A DNA stretch of 64,000 nt from positions 1 to 64,000 of the forward strand of contig NIVC01002818.1 in the NCBI GenBank assembly GCA_002269645.1. The letters are read 5' to 3'. This DNA is from Macrostomum lignano (lineage: Eukaryota). Below the pieces are notes generated by a model. That model had not been told where the DNA came from and searched no databases. It saw nothing but the letters and a program-made list of their open reading frames with translations. This document shows positions 60,541-64,000 of this stretch, piece by piece. A program made the translations under genes and the position numbers. How positions within the stretch are numbered: the first letter of the stretch is position 1; each line of letters opens with the position of its first letter.

Positions 60541-62156
60541 TTGGTGCTAAATAATGGATATGGTATTAACCGACATAGGTTTCTGGACACTTAGGTAACA
60601 AGATGCTTTGGCAACAAATGTTTTAGCAACAAGTCATATTGGCAATAAATAGTTGTGGTAACTTATAGCATAGCAAGTGCAAGCTTGAGTTCCTAAATTT
60701 ATTATAGTCATTTTATTGCGTCACTACACAATTGATATAGACAAAGACAATAATGCTATTGTATCTACTTTTCTAAACCATGCCACAATAAAAAAATGAA
60801 AGCCATTGTATTATAATCTACACAAATAAAAGTTATCCTGCTATCAAAAATGAATTTTAGATACTATGCCAATGCAATGTTGCAATGAAATCATGATACA
60901 CTAGTGGCACGCGCCACCACCATAAAAATTCTTAGAAATTATAAACTTTTAGCAAAGCCAACATTTTCTTCATTTTTTAAAATTCTAGAATATAATTTTT
61001 TGAAAAACATAGGTAAAAACATTTTAGAATCTTCTTGCTTATTAGTGCTGGTGCAGCACCTCTTAAAGAGTTTTAAAACTTTTCAATTTGGACTGTTTGT
61101 CTGCCTGTAGATAAATAGCCAGCAGACGAAGTCTGGTAGGCCTACCCAAAAGTCAAAGAATGCACTAGGCCCTAAGTTGTATTTTTATCAATAATATAAC
61201 CTTATTTTATAAGTGAGCCAATGAGGTGTCTTGTCTTTATACTCATACAATAATAAAGCTTCACTATTTTAATATATGATATTATAGTTTTTGAACACTA
61301 TGACTATACATCATACTGCCATTGGAATTACTAGATTATAACTATTAGGAGTAGCTTAGGTTAGGTGGTCGGTTTGGGCCTGGCCTGGCGCAACTTGCTA
61401 GGCCTAGGCCTAGATATTTTTGCTTTGCAATTTCTCTCCATATATACTTGCTGTCGAGGATCTTAGATCTGTCTGCCGATATTTTATACACTAGGGATTT
61501 AACGCTTATTAGATAGATTTTACATTATACATACTAGATGTACTGTAATTAATGCGTGCCGTTGTGCACATCAAATCATCTATAGTGGTCGTTCTTGTCG
61601 CCCCGTCGCAAAATATAGTAGTATATAGTAAGTTTGGCTCAGGCAAGAAGCCTGTTTGGCCAATATATTTCAATGTTTTGACAATAATTCAAGAAGAGTA
61701 GAAGGAAATATTTATGCATAGCAGCATAGGTAGTGAGGTGGGGGCGGAGAAAGAAAAAAATAAAATGAATGAACTGGGCCTTTGAATTGGGGTTTTCTTC
61801 GAAAACCGATCGGCTTTGCGTTCGCACGAATAAAGCCGGAAATCGCGCAGAAGAATCACAACGAAATCTTTCTCCTGTTTTACTCCGACAGCTGGGTTCT
61901 CAAGTCCGGGGGAGTGTAGTCGTAATCGTAGCAGAGCGGTCTTGTAGCGGCGCGGCCGTTCAATTGATGAAACACCGGAGATTCTGACACTGTAGCTTAA
62001 TGTGTAGATTTGCTGAGCTGGTTACTTTCAGTAGGGTAGTTGCTGCCACCACTGTAATTTACGTATTACAGAACGATTCAGTCTCGGAGCTTTCTTTGAG
62101 CTGAGAACTTTGGTCATTTTACGCCCCACGGGCAAATGACACGAGAAATACTATGG

Positions 62157-63527
62157 TGTGGCGGAAGGCCTTTTAGTTTTAATAGATGGAATGGCAGCGA
62201 AGATTCTGCACTGCGTTGCGCGTGTATTTATATTATATGATTATAACAAACAGTGCGAGATTGAGGGGCCAAAGGAGGTGCGAAAAGGTGGCGTGGCGCG
62301 ATTGGCTACGCCAACCCCCCGGCTTAGCGAGCCGGCTAGCTTGGCGCGCACCCACCCCACCTCAGCTAGACAGAGGCGGGTGGGGGTTTCCAGTGCGGCT
62401 GCACTGGTGCTGCCGGTCGCGTAGTCTGGCCGCCACACAGCTCCCCCCAGCACCGAGCTAAGCCCCGAACGTCGGGTGGTAGCCGAGGCCGCGAGAGTGC
62501 CGAGGAGCGGGCGCCGAAAGCTAAGCGCCGAAGACCGCGGAGCTGCCGAGGAGCGGGCGCCGAAAGCTAAGCGCCGAAGACCGCGGAGCTGCTGAGGAGC
62601 GGGCGCCGAAGACCGCAGGGGCGCGAGGCGGGCGCCGAAGGCGGCAGGGGCGCGAGGCGGGCGCCGAAGGTGGCAGGGGCGCGAGGCGGGCGCCGATGGC
62701 AGCAGGGCGCCGAGCGGGCTCCAGGCGGGCGCCGATGGCAGCAGGTCGCCGAGCATGCGCCGACGGCAGCAGGGCGCCAGGCGGGCGCCAAAAGCAGCAG
62801 GTCGCTGAGCGGGCGCCGAAGGCAGCAGGGCGCCAGGCGGGCGCCGAAGGCAGCAGCAGGGCGCCAGGCGGGCGCCAAAGGCAGCAGCAGGGGCGCGCGC
62901 ACGGACCACACCAGAGGCAATCGACAGTCAGTTGCCGCCGTGAGCCGGGTCGATGCTCCTGCACAGAGGCTGGGGACGTTAGGCTAGCAGCAGCGGTGCT
63001 AACCTAGAATGAGCTGCAGCGTGTGGCGCTGGTTGGTCCAACGCGGGGGCCGAAAGGCGAGACCCCAGGAGCTACCGGGGGGCGGGCTGACTGGGCCGAT
63101 TCGTGCTGCGGGGTACTGCTGTGGCTGCTGTGCTGCTGTGCTGCGGAGCTGTTGTGCTACTGTTGCGGTCGGCCAAGGCGGTTGGCTGCCAGGACCGCAC
63201 AGGGCCGACAAGGCAGGCCCAGCGTTCCGCGCTGGGAGTCGGGCTCACCAATGTGGCGGAAGGCCTTTTAGTTTTAATAGATGGAATGGCAGCGAAGATT
63301 CTGCATTGCGTTGCGCGTGTATTTATATGATTATAACAAACAGTGCGAGATTGAGGGGCCAAGGGAGGTGCGAAAAGGTGGCGTGGCGCGATTGGCTACG
63401 CCAACCCCCCGGCTTAGCGAGCCGGCTAGCTTGGCGCGAACCCACCCCACCTCAGCTAGACAGAGGCGGGGGGGGGGTTCCAGTGCGGCTGCACTGGTGC
63501 TGCCGGTCGCGTAGTCTGGCCGCCACA
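62157..63527 (-). mobile_element. Complete non-autonomous LTR element (TRIM-like); LTRs 62157-62437 and 63252-63527, ATGG target-site duplication
   Basis: LTRs begin TGTGGCGG and end CCGCCACA and differ by about 5 substitutions plus a 5-nt indel. ATGG at 62153-62156 and 63528-63531. PBS TGGTGAGCCCGAC on the minus strand (63250 down); PPT GGGGGGAG at 62441-62448. No gag/pol ORF. Confidence 0.92.
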
Positions 63528-64000
63528 ATGGCTTTGGTTCAACGGATAAATATTAGAAGTTCAAGTTTATTGAGTTGCGTTATTATTTAGCAGGCTGGAT
63601 AAATTGAAAAATTACTTAATCGACTCGACACTATGAGGATGAGACGGGGGAGAGGAAGGGTAAGCCAGCGGTAGCAGAAAATCATGTTGCATCGCGTTTA
63701 AATATACAAAAGGAATAACGGTTCACAAATTGGAGCATCGGCTGGACATAAACATGGAAGCAAATTCACGCAAAGGGGCATATCGCGGGGCGGCAATAAA
63801 CACAAAGAAAAAAACAAAAACTACGGCTCTCGTCCAGCGTCGTGTAAGCAAAAAATTCAAAATCGATCATTAAGTATTGGATCGCCGGGTCCGAGAGGAA
63901 ACAATAGCAGCGTGTTTCCTCGACTATTTGATTCAATCAGATCGCGGAAACTCTTGCCCGATGAATCAGTGCAGCGTGGTGAACTGTAACCGCGGTCAAA

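Noticed and set aside
61860-64000. Possible minus-strand exons (…YDYDYTPPDLRTQLSE* near 61870-61990; an open frame at the window end)
   Set aside because: No recognisable domain and splice partners cannot be confirmed within the window.
1-64000. A spliced-leader RNA gene, intact tRNA, snRNA or full rRNA gene
   Set aside because: Looked for by eye but none found; only degenerate tRNA-like heads and short 28S fragments.

Overview
Eukaryotic (metazoan) genomic DNA with GC-rich exons and GT-AG introns packed with mini- and microsatellites. The style suggests a free-living flatworm such as Macrostomum, but this is inference only. Left third: the 3' part of a plus-strand Fat-like (FAT1/2/3 group) cadherin gene, 7 exons from 7449 to 22280. 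Middle: a disrupted intronless receptor-L/furin-like pseudogene, a K/Q/E-rich repeat ORF, a secreted PAN + LamG-like gene and a decayed LINE fragment. From 38 to 52.6 kb, four unrelated genes lie head-to-tail on the minus strand: PPP1R2, NDUFB9, a C2H2 zinc-finger gene and FRA10AC1. Each begins at a splice acceptor, and FRA10AC1 has no genomic ATG, which suggests a spliced-leader trans-spliced operon in which the leader supplies the start codon. Right end: an AT-rich transposon block with three diverged copies of the 28S rRNA helix-69/R2-target segment, a foldback-type element, a deleted mariner and a complete small non-autonomous LTR element (TRIM-like). Most long ORFs in the six-frame track are artefacts of tandem repeats. 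All family assignments come from motif recognition by eye, not database searches.
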